In this document: positions 26,965 to 59,142 of the stretch, piece after piece
How positions within the stretch are numbered: position 1 is the first letter of the stretch
Layout: each line of letters begins with the position of its first letter
Origin: Paraspadella gotoi
Lineage: Eukaryota > Animalia > Chaetognatha
NCBI GenBank assembly: GCA_051294375.1
Contig: CM119263.1
Coordinates: 1,013,756-1,077,755, forward strand
Length of the DNA: 64,000 nt
Direction of reading: 5' to 3'
The notes under the pieces: model-generated
What the model saw: the letters and a program-made list of their open reading frames with translations, nothing else
Told to the model about the DNA's origin: nothing
Database searches by the model: none
Position numbers and translations under genes: made by a program

Positions 26965-28996
26965 ATGAATTATTATAAAAAACGAAGAATTTTTCTCAAA
27001 GCTATTGTCACCGTCATTCTTATTTCTTTAGGACTCAATTGGTAAGTGAAATCATCAGGGTGTCATTTAAGTTGTCTTCAATACAAATAATACAAACTAA
27101 CTGCATTAAGTCTTCCGCAACTGGATATTTTAACGTTTGACAAATAAATAAATACAAATAATTTTTTGAATAATTTTTATTTTAAAATATCTGTCGCTTA
27201 AAACTACAACTACAGTTTTAAATAAATATATCAAATTAATTAAATAATGAATACATTTGATTGACATGGATAACTGAAGGGCATATGATATTTAAATGTA
27301 CCAATATTAATTTGGTTTTCAGATATCCTATCCTATCTATAGCTTGGATTTCTGCAATTGTACCTTTTTGTCTGCTCGTTAATTTTAGTTTTCTTATTGA
27401 CTATTTAGGGTTCAATTTGGAATATATCCTTCCAAACACACAGCGCAACCAATGTTACAGCAAAAACAAACTGGACAATCTTGCGATTTACTATTACAAC
27501 AATTGACCTCAGATCAACAAACATTGAATTTAACTTCGTTGCAAGTGGCAACCACCGAACCTGTCGATGCTCCAACTGTCGAACGTTTTAACTGTGATGA
27601 TTGCAACCCATATCGCTTTAAAACGTTGCTAAGCAACCCAAGACTTTGCGTCAATGGCGGAAGCATCCCAATAATCTTTCTTGTCCACACGCGACCCGAT
27701 TCCGTTAAACGAAGGAGAGACATTAGGATCTCGTGGGCGACGCGAGTCAAAGAAGTTTTTGGCAACTCGCCTCACGTTTTTGTAGTTGGGAAAAGTGAAT
27801 ATGGAAAGATTAACCATCGCTTGCGTTTCGAAAGTCATCATTATGGAGATATTTTGCAGGTTAGTTTAAAAGAAAAAGTATATTTATTTTGTTTAAATTA
27901 AAAAAATAAGCTATCTTGCCCCGGACTTTGGAGAGGCTTTGGTGGTTTAAGGTCTCCATCACTCTTACAAGATAATGACAAAACGGGTCCCTGCAAGCTT
28001 TCAATCTCTTTCAATGAAGTGGTATATTATTTCAAAGAAGGTTTTAATTGTATGAAAAGACCACTCCATTAAGTATTAGATCGGGGAATACTGTATTATA
28101 CTCCGCACCAGCATCAAAATCATTTTTATATTTTAAATAATTCTGTGATGATATATTGCCAAGAATGCTAACTAATATTTTTAAACATTTTAATTTATTT
28201 TATTACAATTTAGGAAGACTTTATGGACACATACTATAACTTGACCTACAAAGCGATAGCAGGTCTCAATTGGCTCACCCGATTTTGTTCCAACGCGGAA
28301 TTTATTTTCAAAGTCGACGACGACGTCATTTTAAATGTTGACAAAATTAAATCCCATCTGCAGGTGATTGTCAATCAATCAATCAATCATTTTAAATGTT
28401 GACAAAATAAATCCCATCTACAGGTGATTGTCAATCAATCAATCAATCCTTCAAACATTTTAAATGTTGACATATTAAATCCAAAAATCATTAAAAACTA
28501 ACAAGAAATGATGCCATCTCATTATCCCTTCAAGGATCTTGCCCATCAACGCCCCTACATTGGCTGCAAAGCTGTAATTGGTCGTCCAAATCGAAGACCG
28601 ATCTCAAAATGGTTCATCACTAAGAAAGAATTCCCATTTGATGTTTATCCCAAATTCTGTTTCGGATTCGCGATCCTCTACTCGATCGACGCCGCTAACG
28701 CTGTCGCCAAAGCCACGCACAACGTTCCTTTTCTCAAACTCGACGACGTCTACATGACGGGATTCGTGGCCACTGGTCACCTGGGGCTGAAACTGACCAG
28801 AATAAAAGGAGTTGATCACTTATTGTTGAACAATTTGTGTCGATTTCGTAAGGAGGGTATTGCCAGCCATTTGGGAAAGAAGCCAATGCTGCAATACTGG
28901 AAGTCTATGCTCAACAAAAGATGCACCAAAAGGAAGTTTGTATTAAGAGCTGTTTTTAGAAATTCTGTGAAGAGTAAGAAAGCCGCGAAAATTTGA
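26965..28996 (+). CDS. Beta-1,3-galactosyltransferase-like (GT31/Galactosyl_T) type II membrane protein, 379 aa; join(26965-27041,27409-27859,28214-28363,28535-28996)
   Basis: N-terminal basic residues plus TM (KKRRIFLKAIVTVILISLGL); RRRDIRISW, FVVG, ESHHYGDILQ|EDFMDTYYNLTYK, FKVDDDV (DxD), RRPISKWFI..YPKFCFG, LDDVYMTG; canonical splice sites with frame preserved. Confidence 0.93.
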
Positions 28997-29214
28997 AGCC
29001 AAAGAGAATGAACTACAAAAGTGTTTTACTTTAAGGTTAAGTACATACCAAATCTACATACTCGGACTGAAATATATCTCTTTTTCAGGACATTGTTTAT
29101 TTTTAGGAAATTGAATGTAATAGGCAGTTTATTTTTAGATTCTCAGTTACAGAAAAAAATTTAAAAAAAGAAATTGGGGAATGAACAGAGAAAGAAGATC
29201 AGATAAGAGAAAAT

Positions 29215-29850
29215 CTAGTAGAGAATCGCAAATGGAATCAGAACCAAGAATGGAATCGGATCTACCGAGGACTCTCTGATTGGATGAATCATCTTCGGAA
29301 TCGAACCAATGAGAAGACGGGCTTCGTGCCATCGAGAAAACGAACCCGTGTTGATGATCCGATTGTAGAGTATAAATACCTGACCATTTTGAGAATAAAA
29401 TCCAATTTTGGTTTCATGTTGAAATCTCTGGCTACGTCCTTAAATGTGGTGGCAGCGGTGGGATGAGAGAGAGAGAGAGGGAGAGAGGACTAGTATCGAG
29501 AGAGAGGGAGGAGAGAGAGAGAGAGAGACGAGGGAGAGAGAGAGAGAGAGAGAGACGAGAGAGAGAGAGAGAGAGAGGAAGGAGGAGAGGGAACAAGAGA
29601 GAGACAGAAAGAGAGACGAGAGGAGAAGGAGAGGTCAAGGATTGGGATCGGGAGGGCAATAAAAGGGAAGCAACGACGAAGTCAGAATTGAAAAACCCAT
29701 ATTCCTTTGACGAAACCAACGCTTCTTCGACAATGGAAACAATAAAGAAGACGAGAAGAGAGAGAGAGTGAGAGGAGAGAGAGAGAGAGAGAGAGAGAAG
29801 AGAGAGAGAAGAGAAGAGAGAGAGAGAGAAAAGAGAGAGAGAGAGAGAGA

Positions 29851-29913
<63 letters not shown>

Positions 29914-30886
29914 AAGAGAGAGAGAGAAAGAGAGAGGAGAAGAGAAAGAGAGAGAGCAGAGAGAGTGAGAGCGAGAGAGAGGAGACGAGAAGAAGGAAGA
30001 AAGATTATTGAATAAGGAGAAACACACACAAAAAAAGGAGAGAGTGAAGCGAGCGATGCCTCACTCCCCCCCCACTTTCCTTCAGTCACCCGAAACTGAA
30101 AAGAAAAAGGAGAAAAGTTGTGCGTCGCATAAAACGAAACGATCGACTCTTCGCCGCCGCCGCCGCCGCCGCAGCAGCAGCCCCCGCCTCTGGCGCCCTC
30201 CACGACGACGGAAATGACAGCGTCTTACAATTGCGTCGCAAATTTCGATTTCAGAGAAATAATCGAACCTTTTTTTCTCTTCTAGAAATTAATAAAATTA
30301 ATCAAATAAAAAAAAAATCAAATCCAATTAATCAATCAAATCGATCAATCAAATTGGTCATATCCATTTATAGAAATGATCAAAACAATTAATAGGCCCT
30401 GCTTAAAATCGACATTCAATCAGTCAGAATGAATTATGCATACTTTAAATCTTAATTAAAATCGGATTCAAACAGGAATGACGCCCCCCAAAAATTTTCC
30501 TTCTTAACTTTTCAATTTCTTTGTTTCTCTTTTTTTTCATCTCGACTCTCTGGTTCTGTTCTGTACTGTACTGTTCTGTTCTGTACTGTTTTGTTCTGTT
30601 CTGTTCTGTTCTCAGATTCTGTTCGCCGCTTTTCCCTTTTTTTCTTTTTGCGCAAATTTTTAATTAAAACCGCAACGCGCGACGCAAAAACCAACAAAAG
30701 AACATCCAGCACATTTTTTCTCTCACTCTTCCGGTTAATTATATCCATTTTTTCTCCCGACTTGGAGCGAAATGGATCGTTAGCAGGAAAGAGGGCGTCA
30801 ATGTTTACAGGAAGAGCGGTCGCCTTGACACCAACTTGTGATAGAATGTTGGTCGTGCACCCGATGGGCGCATTGTTAATGCACAT
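29215..30886 (-). CDS. Putative small unknown protein (~127 aa), join(30727-30886,29215-29438), convergent with GT31; possible 5' UTR exons at 31009-31127 and ~31446-31630
   Basis: Non-repetitive AG/GT-bounded open segments with compatible phase 1: MCINNAPIGCTTN..DIINRK|RRSQRFQHETKIGFYSQNGQVFILYNRII..WHEARLL..*; promoter-like motifs upstream; no family recognised. Confidence 0.35.
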
Positions 30887-31393
30887 TTGCAACCTATAAA
30901 GTGCACACGGGAAAGGTGTGTTCTTGTGTACGCACGTACTTGCAAGTGTGTTAGTTTTTATCAGTTACGGTTTCTTCCTATTTTTTTTTTTTTTTTTTTT
31001 TTGCGAACCTATCGAAGTTTTCCTCTTTGACGTAATTAGTGCTCAGTGTTCACTATTCAGGCACAAGCAAACTCATGTGTTTTTGGAGAGTTTTCTCCGA
31101 GTCACTTTTCAAATTTCGTTTAAAAAACTGTATTATTAACAAATCAAATATATTAAATATTTAAAAAAAGACTACAACTTTTTATCTCGAAAATATATCC
31201 TCCACGTTCCATAAATTGACTTTGATCACGTGATATTTTGATTTTTTTGGGGGGGGGATTGTTGTCTACCAGTTTTTTTATCAACATCATCATCATTATC
31301 AATCATCATCATCAATAGTCATCATCATCATCAACCATAATCATTATCAATCATCATCATAATCATCATCATCATAATCATCATAATCATCAT

Positions 31394-31439
<46 letters not shown>

Positions 31440-31591
31440 GCTCACCCTCATCCTCAAACTAACAATATGCATTTTAAACGAACCAGGTAGACGCCCTTTC
31501 ACGCATATTAAACAACTCAGACTCTCGCTCTCTCTCGCTTGTTCGACGCGAGTCTCCCAAATTGAGCCCAAACTCGACACGCCCACTTTTC

Positions 31592-31640
31592 TCAAGATGG
31601 CCGCCATTTCTATGCGAAGTCGAAGAGGGCGGAAGTGACG
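31592..31640 (-). promoter_or_regulatory. Promoter-like site: YY1 (AAATGGCGGCC, near-palindromic) plus ETS (GCGGAAGTG)
   Basis: aagatggccgccatttc..gggcggaagtgacg. Confidence 0.4.
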
Positions 31641-32002
31641 AAAAAAAAAACCAATCTTATTTTTTTTTTTTTGGATCCGATTAGTAATGGTTTTTTTTTT
31701 TTTTTTTGGTGATGTTCGTATTTTTACGACAAAGTTTTATGGAAAAATGTCGGAGAGTAAAATGTAGCTCTTCAACGGCGAATACTAAGCAAAATTTTTA
31801 AAAGCCTATGAACGTATTTTTAATAAATCGTTTTTTAAAAAAATAACTTATGAAAACTTGTAATGTCTTCAAATGACAAATTTTATTCTTTTTTTTTAAT
31901 AACACTCGACGCGTTGCCTTTAAATGGTCTCGATGTTGGTAAAAGTTAATATTTATATATTATATTATTACATTTAAAAATAAAATCCGTCCAGAAACAA
32001 AC

Positions 32003-52131
<20,129 letters not shown>

Positions 52132-52178
52132 CTGGATGGAAAGAAAAACACACAGCCTTATCTCTCTCTCCTACTCTC

Positions 52179-52237
<59 letters not shown>

Positions 52238-55200
52238 GAGCACGCAAGATTTTGGTTTTTTTCGACAGAAGCAAAGTTATTTTTGGAAAAGTCTGCTTCA
52301 AATATAGCTAATCTAATTTAAACGTGCGTACAAAAAATTTTAAGAAAATTCCAGCTTTTTTAAGACTGCTAATCATTATTTCTCCGTGTTTCTTTTGTTT
52401 TGTTTTTGTTTTGTTGTTGTTTTTTTTTTGTTTCTTGCATCAATTCACTGATCCGATATCCAATCCTCAATTCAATTAAACAGACAAACAATGAATTTTT
52501 GTAAAATAAGACGCCTTTCCTTTCAAGAAAATTACTGTATTCATGGTCAGTAGTATAACTAATAACTAAAGATATTTTTTTCGTTTCTGACTGAAATTCC
52601 GTGAAAATGAAAAAAGATGTGTATGTTTTAATACATAATAAAAAGTAAACAAGACGTTGAAACATGCTCTGCAGTTTATTTCAACTCTGCACAGAGTAAC
52701 AATGCAATTGGTAAGCGGTCATTCAACAGGTTTAACAAAGAGCTATGAGTTATTGAATACATGAGATTTAATAATTTACCCATACCTAATATCTACTTGG
52801 GATCATTGTGGTTCTGGAAGGGAAAATATATTTTTAAGTCAAACAAGAATAAATTCATTCAATCTCTGCAAAACAATCTTCCAATCAATGTTTTTTGCTG
52901 GCATAAATCAAATATAGTTCGTAAATTATTTCTAAACATTATCGCCACATATTTTATGCGATCACGAACAAAGCATAAACAATTTTATAAAATGTAACTC
53001 TTCTTGTTTAATAGATTTAATTACATTATATTCTTATCATCTATTCAGCCGTTTAGCCTTTTGAAGTTCTATTTTTTGCTTGTGTACGGTATCTGAAAAC
53101 GTTTTATCAAACATAAACACAAAAAAATAATAACTATTGTTTGAATTTAAGAACAATCTGTAAAATCCGATAAAAAGAATTTAAAAGCTTTTTACTTTAA
53201 TATTCAAAGACCTTTTAAAAAGAACGTTTTTTTCTTCATCTTGAAAAAATATAGTTGTAAAATTGAAATATAAGTATTAAGTAAAAACAAAGTGTAAATC
53301 AACCTAAATCAATATGATATGGGAGTTGTTTGTAGTTTTTTAAAATGATTAAAAACCGAATTATTAAAGATTGCATTCGCCACCATACTTTTTCTTTTTA
53401 ATTAATAATCATTGATTGCTTTTTTACATTGGTTTAATTTTTTTGGTCAGTCTTTCAAAACTTGGTTCTTTTTTTTCTACATATTTATTATTAACTTTCG
53501 ATTATAAAAGAAAAGGTCTGGACGCGATTTCACATAATTAACACAGTTTTCTCCCAATCTTGTTTTTAATTCTAGTCCAAAGCAACATATTTAGAACCGT
53601 TGGCTCACACTGGCACCAATCCATTAAAAAATCAAAAGATCCGATTTTACATCATTTTCCGCTTTAATTTTTTTTTTTATTATTGTTACCGGAATGACGA
53701 AGCGTCGAAGAAAAAAAATATAAAAACTCTAATGTCAATTCTCCGTAGAAAATGTTTTAAACGAGATTTTAAAAAAACTCTTTATCAAATAAACCCAATG
53801 AGGTGTATTTAACTGTAAACACAATTAATACTTTAGTACAACAAAATTAAAAGTAATGACTTACGAATAAACGGGACTAGCAGAAACTTTTCTTTTAATT
53901 GGTTTTCCATAAAAATCTCAATATTTGGGCGAAATGAAATGACGGCCCCGCAGGGAATCCATGTACATATTTGCAGCTAACCGCTACCTGTTCGCATATA
54001 TGGAGCTAAGCGCTTTATACTCGCACATTTGCAGAAAACCGCTATTGTTCGTCTTTTATATTCCAGAAAGGTTAAAAAAGCCTATGGAGTCTTTACCTCT
54101 GTTGATATTATTGTTTTTTTTTTCCTCGTTTTTTTTTTTTTTTTTTGCCTCAAATTTTACATGCAAAAAATTCTCGACATGCAAATTAAGGCCGTGCAGC
54201 ACATGAAAAATTTAACTCATGCTATTTGCTTCCCTTTTGTTTGTCTTTATCTTCCTAAAGTTTAACAATACGCAAAATCCCACATGCTGCCAAAGTTTTG
54301 AAATTTTACGTTGACGGTAAAATTAGGCTTTTTCCGTTTAAATTAAAGAAATGATTTTTTTTGATATTGATATAGATATTTTGGAAACGAGTTATTAGAA
54401 TTTTTAAGCAATCCTGTAAAAAGTTAGGGGATGCTAGTGATACATAGTTTTTTAAGGTAAATACTTGTCTTAAAGTCACATAAAGGTTGTGTTTCATAGT
54501 ATAAACATGGTATTCGGTAAAGAGATGTGTAACAGCGAAAGATAGTTATAAGTGTTACTACAATCAACAGTTTAATGGGAAATTAGGCACGAATGGAGGA
54601 AGGGCCGTTTGCGGTAGAAGACATTTGGTCAACACCAACTGGAAACTTCTCTTCCACAACTTCAATAAATGTCTTTTTCTGGATCCACCTGAAATCAATC
54701 GTAAAAGTTAACAAAGGTTAATTTTTTTTCCGTTTTAGTAACATTATTTAAGATTGGTTAGTCTTACAGGGTTATTCGGAAACCATGAAAACTGTAGATT
54801 GTAGAATAAAATAAGCAAAATATATTTTTTTCAAATCAGCTGACATACCATAGTTACCATAGTTATTCTTTGATTTTAAATGTTAAACAAATCTGATACT
54901 AATTTTTTTTAAAAGTGGTTAACTTTGCAACTAAAAGGCAGAACGCGAAATAAAAATTTTAGTTTTTAATTTAAGAGCATGAGATCTTTTTTACAAGTTA
55001 CCTTCTTTTACTTTCTTTTTAATTATTCAATGTTTTTAATTTATTAAATTCCTTAATCGCAAAGATTAATTTTGGTTCAAAAAACGTATTGTGCCAGCAC
55101 AATTTTTTCATCATATTTTGCCTTTTTGCATAATTTTGTCACCCGAACTCACATTTTTTTTAAAATTAAGGATCCGCGCAAATATCACAGCAGAGTTTTC

Positions 55201-55812
55201 AATTTAGCGGCAAAACAGGCGTGCGTTGAAATGTCCGACAGATGGCTTTTTTTTTTTGCTATATCTTTTTTGTTAGTATCAAGTTCCAAAAAATCTCGTT
55301 TGATCGTGAGTGTCCTCCCACTTTAGTGTTTTGTTGTTGTTGTTGTTGTTTTTTGTTTGATTGGAAGATGTGATAAAGATGAAGGATGTGCAACAGTCAC
55401 CAAAGGATGTAAAAGAGTTGTAACAGGTGTAACGGATGTGATACAGTTGTAACGAATGGTGAAGCAATGGTTATTATATATGAAGGCGGGAGGTAGCAGC
55501 ATCAGATAAGCAGAGCATTGAAATGATAACGAATATCATTAGTATGCGCACATAAGTTGCCAGAACATAGGAAAAAAATGAATAAAAAGCTAAAATTAGT
55601 CTTAGAAACAAACTGAAGATTAAACTTCTTTAGCTCATTATTAGTTATTTAGTCAGTTTTTATCCAATTAACATTAGCTTTAGAGCGCAATAAAGTTGTT
55701 TTTCTTCTCATCTTTAAACACGGAAAACATTTAATAGTGCCGATATTTATATTATTCTTTAGAATATATATTCATAAATCTATTCTAAAAAATAAAGACT
55801 TTTTTTTTTTTT

Positions 55813-57729
55813 TCAAAAAAACATGTATTGATCGTCAAAAGAATCAATAATCACCCAGAGTGTCGCCAAGAGCAGCACGATGACGCACATCCAGAACCCA
55901 AAGTTGGAAATGTCCGAGGCGATTTGTCTCCAATGTTTGCTGTTGGCTTCTTTGGTCGCCTCATCGATTTCCTCCAGAGTATCGTCGAGTTGGAACTGAC
56001 TGCCGTTGGGAGTCCGCGGCCGGAACCGGTCGTAGACCGGCGGCTCCTCCTCCGCGCTCGTCATCATGGGCAGTTCGTCGGGATCGACGGGCAAAAAGAT
56101 GTTGGGCGGTCGTTGTTTGGTGGGACTCAGGCTAAGAGATTCCGGGGAAGCGATAGAAACACGGAGAGAGACCCGATTCTGAGAGACGACGGGCCCGCGA
56201 TCGTCCGACTCTCTCTCCGTGGCTAATTCTTCCTTACTCGATACATTGAGCGCCTGCGTGGGTTGGCAGGGTAACTGGGGCGGGGGCTGCGACCCGGCGG
56301 GCGTCGTGAGCGGAACCGGTCGCCGGGTCGAGGGCGAGGCGGCGCCGGCCGGGGGGCTGCGGGCTCCCCCGTTTTGATAGGCGGCCTTGTCCGCGTCCAC
56401 GACGGGCGTTGAGGTCGAGGGCCTCTTGGGTTTTCGCGCCCGATTTCCCTCGCCCTCTTTTCGCCGCCTCTGCTTTCCCTCTGGCTTTCTCAGCCAAGCG
56501 GGATTGACGTGGAATTGGTGAAGCGTCTTTCTGATCGGCCTCAACGTGATCACGTCAGCCAGCATCGCCATGATGTAAGGCGGGGGCTTCCCGCTCTTAC
56601 TTCGTTTGTGCACGGCGCTAGCGACCACAGACAAGAAAACCGCCATGGCGGACATGAATCCGCCGACGGCGTAATACTTTCCGATCACTGGCAAATGTTG
56701 GGACGAATGCGGCTGTTTATTGGCCACCATTTGAAATTGGAAAGTGGAGGCTAAGAAAAGATTGGCAGTGAGCACCGGCCGTCCGGGAGATTCCAGGGGA
56801 ACCCAGAACGAGGCCAACACCAGAATCAACAAGAGACAACAGGGCATCACGAGGAGACAGACCAGGGTCAATGAGCGACGCTTGAGGGTGAACCAAAAGG
56901 TCACTTGATCCCAGGCATGCTCGTAGCCTTCGTAAAAGATATCGGTGGCCGTACTGCCGTATTGCATCAGCAGCCACTCTGGATTTTCTGCAAATTTGTA
57001 CATGGTGTGGTTGATGTAGAGCTCCAGCTCAGTGGAGTCGTACATCCAAGAACTGAAGTTAAGCATGCACCGTTGTTGGTCCAACGGAAAGTACTTGATC
57101 TCTATGGGACACACGGCTTGAAACATGAGGATCGGATGGTACTCTATTCTTCCGTCGTGAAATATGTAAACGAGCTCCTCCTCCAACTTTTGGAAATTGA
57201 GCGTTCCCTCCCCCGCGTTCTCCAGTTGAATGTCTGGAATCCAAATAAGGGAGGAGGGAATGGTGAGCTTTTTCACCCCGGCCACCAGGCCCGGATCCCA
57301 TCGGGCAAAGTCCGAGGTCCAGAACATGCTGAAGCCCATCTTGGCCTTGAGGTGTTGCTCGCGGGCGTCGAGATCCACTATTTGGTACGGGGTCACCAGC
57401 AGTTCCACCTTGATCCTCTTTTTCACGTTGTGAACGGGACGCAAATATCTTAGGTACTGCGTGATGTTGCATACCAGTTTGACCACCAGCTGCGGGGCCG
57501 AAGTCCCGTCGCCCTGGTCCACGAAACGAGGACAGTTCTGACCGATCTGAGTTTCTGCTAGACCCGCGTCGCAAGTCAACAAGACCGAAGACGACCACGA
57601 GGCGACGGCGGACGCCAGGAGGACGACCGCGATGTCGTCGAGTCTTCGAGGGCGGAAAAAGAGTCGGCGCCGGGCGGCGTCGATGGCGCCGACGAACGTC
57701 GATGGCACGAGGCGCCGGAGAAGTTCCAT
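55813..57729 (-). CDS. Cys-loop ligand-gated ion channel, nicotinic acetylcholine receptor-like non-alpha subunit, single coding exon (638 aa from ATG 57729)
   Basis: Uninterrupted GC-rich ORF with LRPV, IWIPDI, Cys-loop CPIEIKYFPLDQQRC, loop B SWMYD, four TM helices and a long Pro-rich M3-M4 loop; no vicinal CC in loop C (FYEGYEHAW). The ORF-track start at 57762 is a TTG; the first ATG is at 57729. Confidence 0.95.
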   Translation of the reverse strand: MELLRRLVPSTFVGAIDAARRRLFFRPRRLDDIAVVLLASAVASWSSSVLLTCDAGLAETQIGQNCPRFVDQGDGTSAPQLVVKLVCNITQYLRYLRPVHNVKKRIKVELLVTPYQIVDLDAREQHLKAKMGFSMFWTSDFARWDPGLVAGVKKLTIPSSLIWIPDIQLENAGEGTLNFQKLEEELVYIFHDGRIEYHPILMFQAVCPIEIKYFPLDQQRCMLNFSSWMYDSTELELYINHTMYKFAENPEWLLMQYGSTATDIFYEGYEHAWDQVTFWFTLKRRSLTLVCLLVMPCCLLLILVLASFWVPLESPGRPVLTANLFLASTFQFQMVANKQPHSSQHLPVIGKYYAVGGFMSAMAVFLSVVASAVHKRSKSGKPPPYIMAMLADVITLRPIRKTLHQFHVNPAWLRKPEGKQRRRKEGEGNRARKPKRPSTSTPVVDADKAAYQNGGARSPPAGAASPSTRRPVPLTTPAGSQPPPQLPCQPTQALNVSSKEELATERESDDRGPVVSQNRVSLRVSIASPESLSLSPTKQRPPNIFLPVDPDELPMMTSAEEEPPVYDRFRPRTPNGSQFQLDDTLEEIDEATKEANSKHWRQIASDISNFGFWMCVIVLLLATLWVIIDSFDDQYMFF

Positions 57730-58519
57730 CGCGAAGGGGGTGAAGAGTCGGGGGGGGGGCAAAGGGGGGGGGAGTTTCTTTTTAGAATCTGGTCGAAGAG
57801 AGATGGCGTCGTTGAAGAATGAGATCGCGGGATTAAATGGCCAGTGAAAAAAAAAAAAAGGGAAAATATTAAAACATTGATCAAATTTTAGACCAATTAT
57901 TATATGTTATGAAAATTAGTAAGAAAATTGATTTAAGCTAATAATCTCAGAAAAAGGTTCTCTCACCTGAAACGCTGCCCCGCAATTCGATGCTCCTTTG
58001 TTTATTTTTTTTTTTTTACCGTAGATGTCGCGTCGGCGAAAGAGACTTTCCGTTCGTTGGCGGGAAATTTAATTTGAGCATTTCGTTTGTCGGACACAAG
58101 GGATCATTTTTTATTTCGATTTTGAGCAAAAGTTTTTTTTTTTAATACCCACCTCTCTCTCTAAAAATGAGAGAAAGTTAAAGGAAGGAAAGAGAAGAAG
58201 AGAAGGTAAGTCTTAATAGATCGTCGTCGTCGTCGTTTTTAACTCGCGGAGGAACAAAAAAAAATAATAAGATATGAAAGAAAAAGACAAGATTCAGCGA
58301 GATATAAAGAGAGAGAGGGAGAGAGAGCGATAGAGAGAGAGAGACAGATAAACGTGAAGGAAGGAGAGAAAGGCCGACGTCATGAGAGAAAAAATAAAAA
58401 GGAAAATCGACGATAACTGAATCGCGAGAGGAGAGAGGAGGAGGAGGAGGAGGAGGAGAGGGAGGAGCGGCGTCTTCGGTGACGAAAGAAGAAGAGGAAG
58501 AGAAGGAAGAAGAAGAAGC

Positions 58520-58554
<35 letters not shown>

Positions 58555-58555
58555 T

Positions 58556-58622
<67 letters not shown>

Positions 58623-58912
58623 TTTTTTGTGTTTTTTTTTGGAGGGAGATAAGGAGAGAGAGATGGAGATATAGAGAAAGAGAGAAGAGAGGGTTTGAAG
58701 ATAATAATCCTCTTTGAAAAGAAGAGATCACGGGATATGGAAGGGGCCGAGGGTCAGGAAGGGGTTAGGAAGAGGTCCTTTTTTTTGGGGGTGTGGACCC
58801 GTCACTCTCGTCAAAGTGGAATCATTAATTCATCCAATTTTCTCACGAAATTCATCACATTTTTTCTTTTCACTTTTTTATTTTTTTTTTCTTCTTCGTC
58901 TTCGTTTTATCG

Positions 58913-58944
<32 letters not shown>

Positions 58945-59098
58945 TTTTTTTTTTCGATTCGCCGGGCGCCTTTTGTTTCCGGTTCTTTTTTTCTTTTAAT
59001 TATTCGCTTCACGGAATTTCATTTAGTTTTAAAAAAGGGAAAAATTCCCAGGATCCCGAGGAGGAAGAGATTTTTAAATCGAAGTCCGACTCGAGAAA

Positions 59099-59142
59099 CA
59101 AAATGGCGGCGAATTTAGACGCGCGGACGTTTCCATGGCGAC
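59099..59142. promoter_or_regulatory. Promoter-like CpG-rich patch with YY1 motif and X-box
   Basis: CAAAATGGCGGC followed by GTTTCCATGGCGAC (59129-59142), ~1.4 kb upstream of the nAChR-like ATG. Confidence 0.45.

Noticed and set aside
27261-27506. Hydrophobic 81-aa ORF and alternative acceptor at ~27322 in GT31 intron 1
   Set aside because: Splicing to it creates TG|A, a stop; the 27409 acceptor gives the continuous GT31 frame
55800-55813. A-run directly after the receptor stop codon as a retrocopy poly(A) tail
   Set aside because: Homopolymer runs are ubiquitous here and no TSD was seen
55828-57453. Plus-strand and alternative-frame ORFs overlapping the receptor
   Set aside because: Shadow ORFs of a GC-rich CDS
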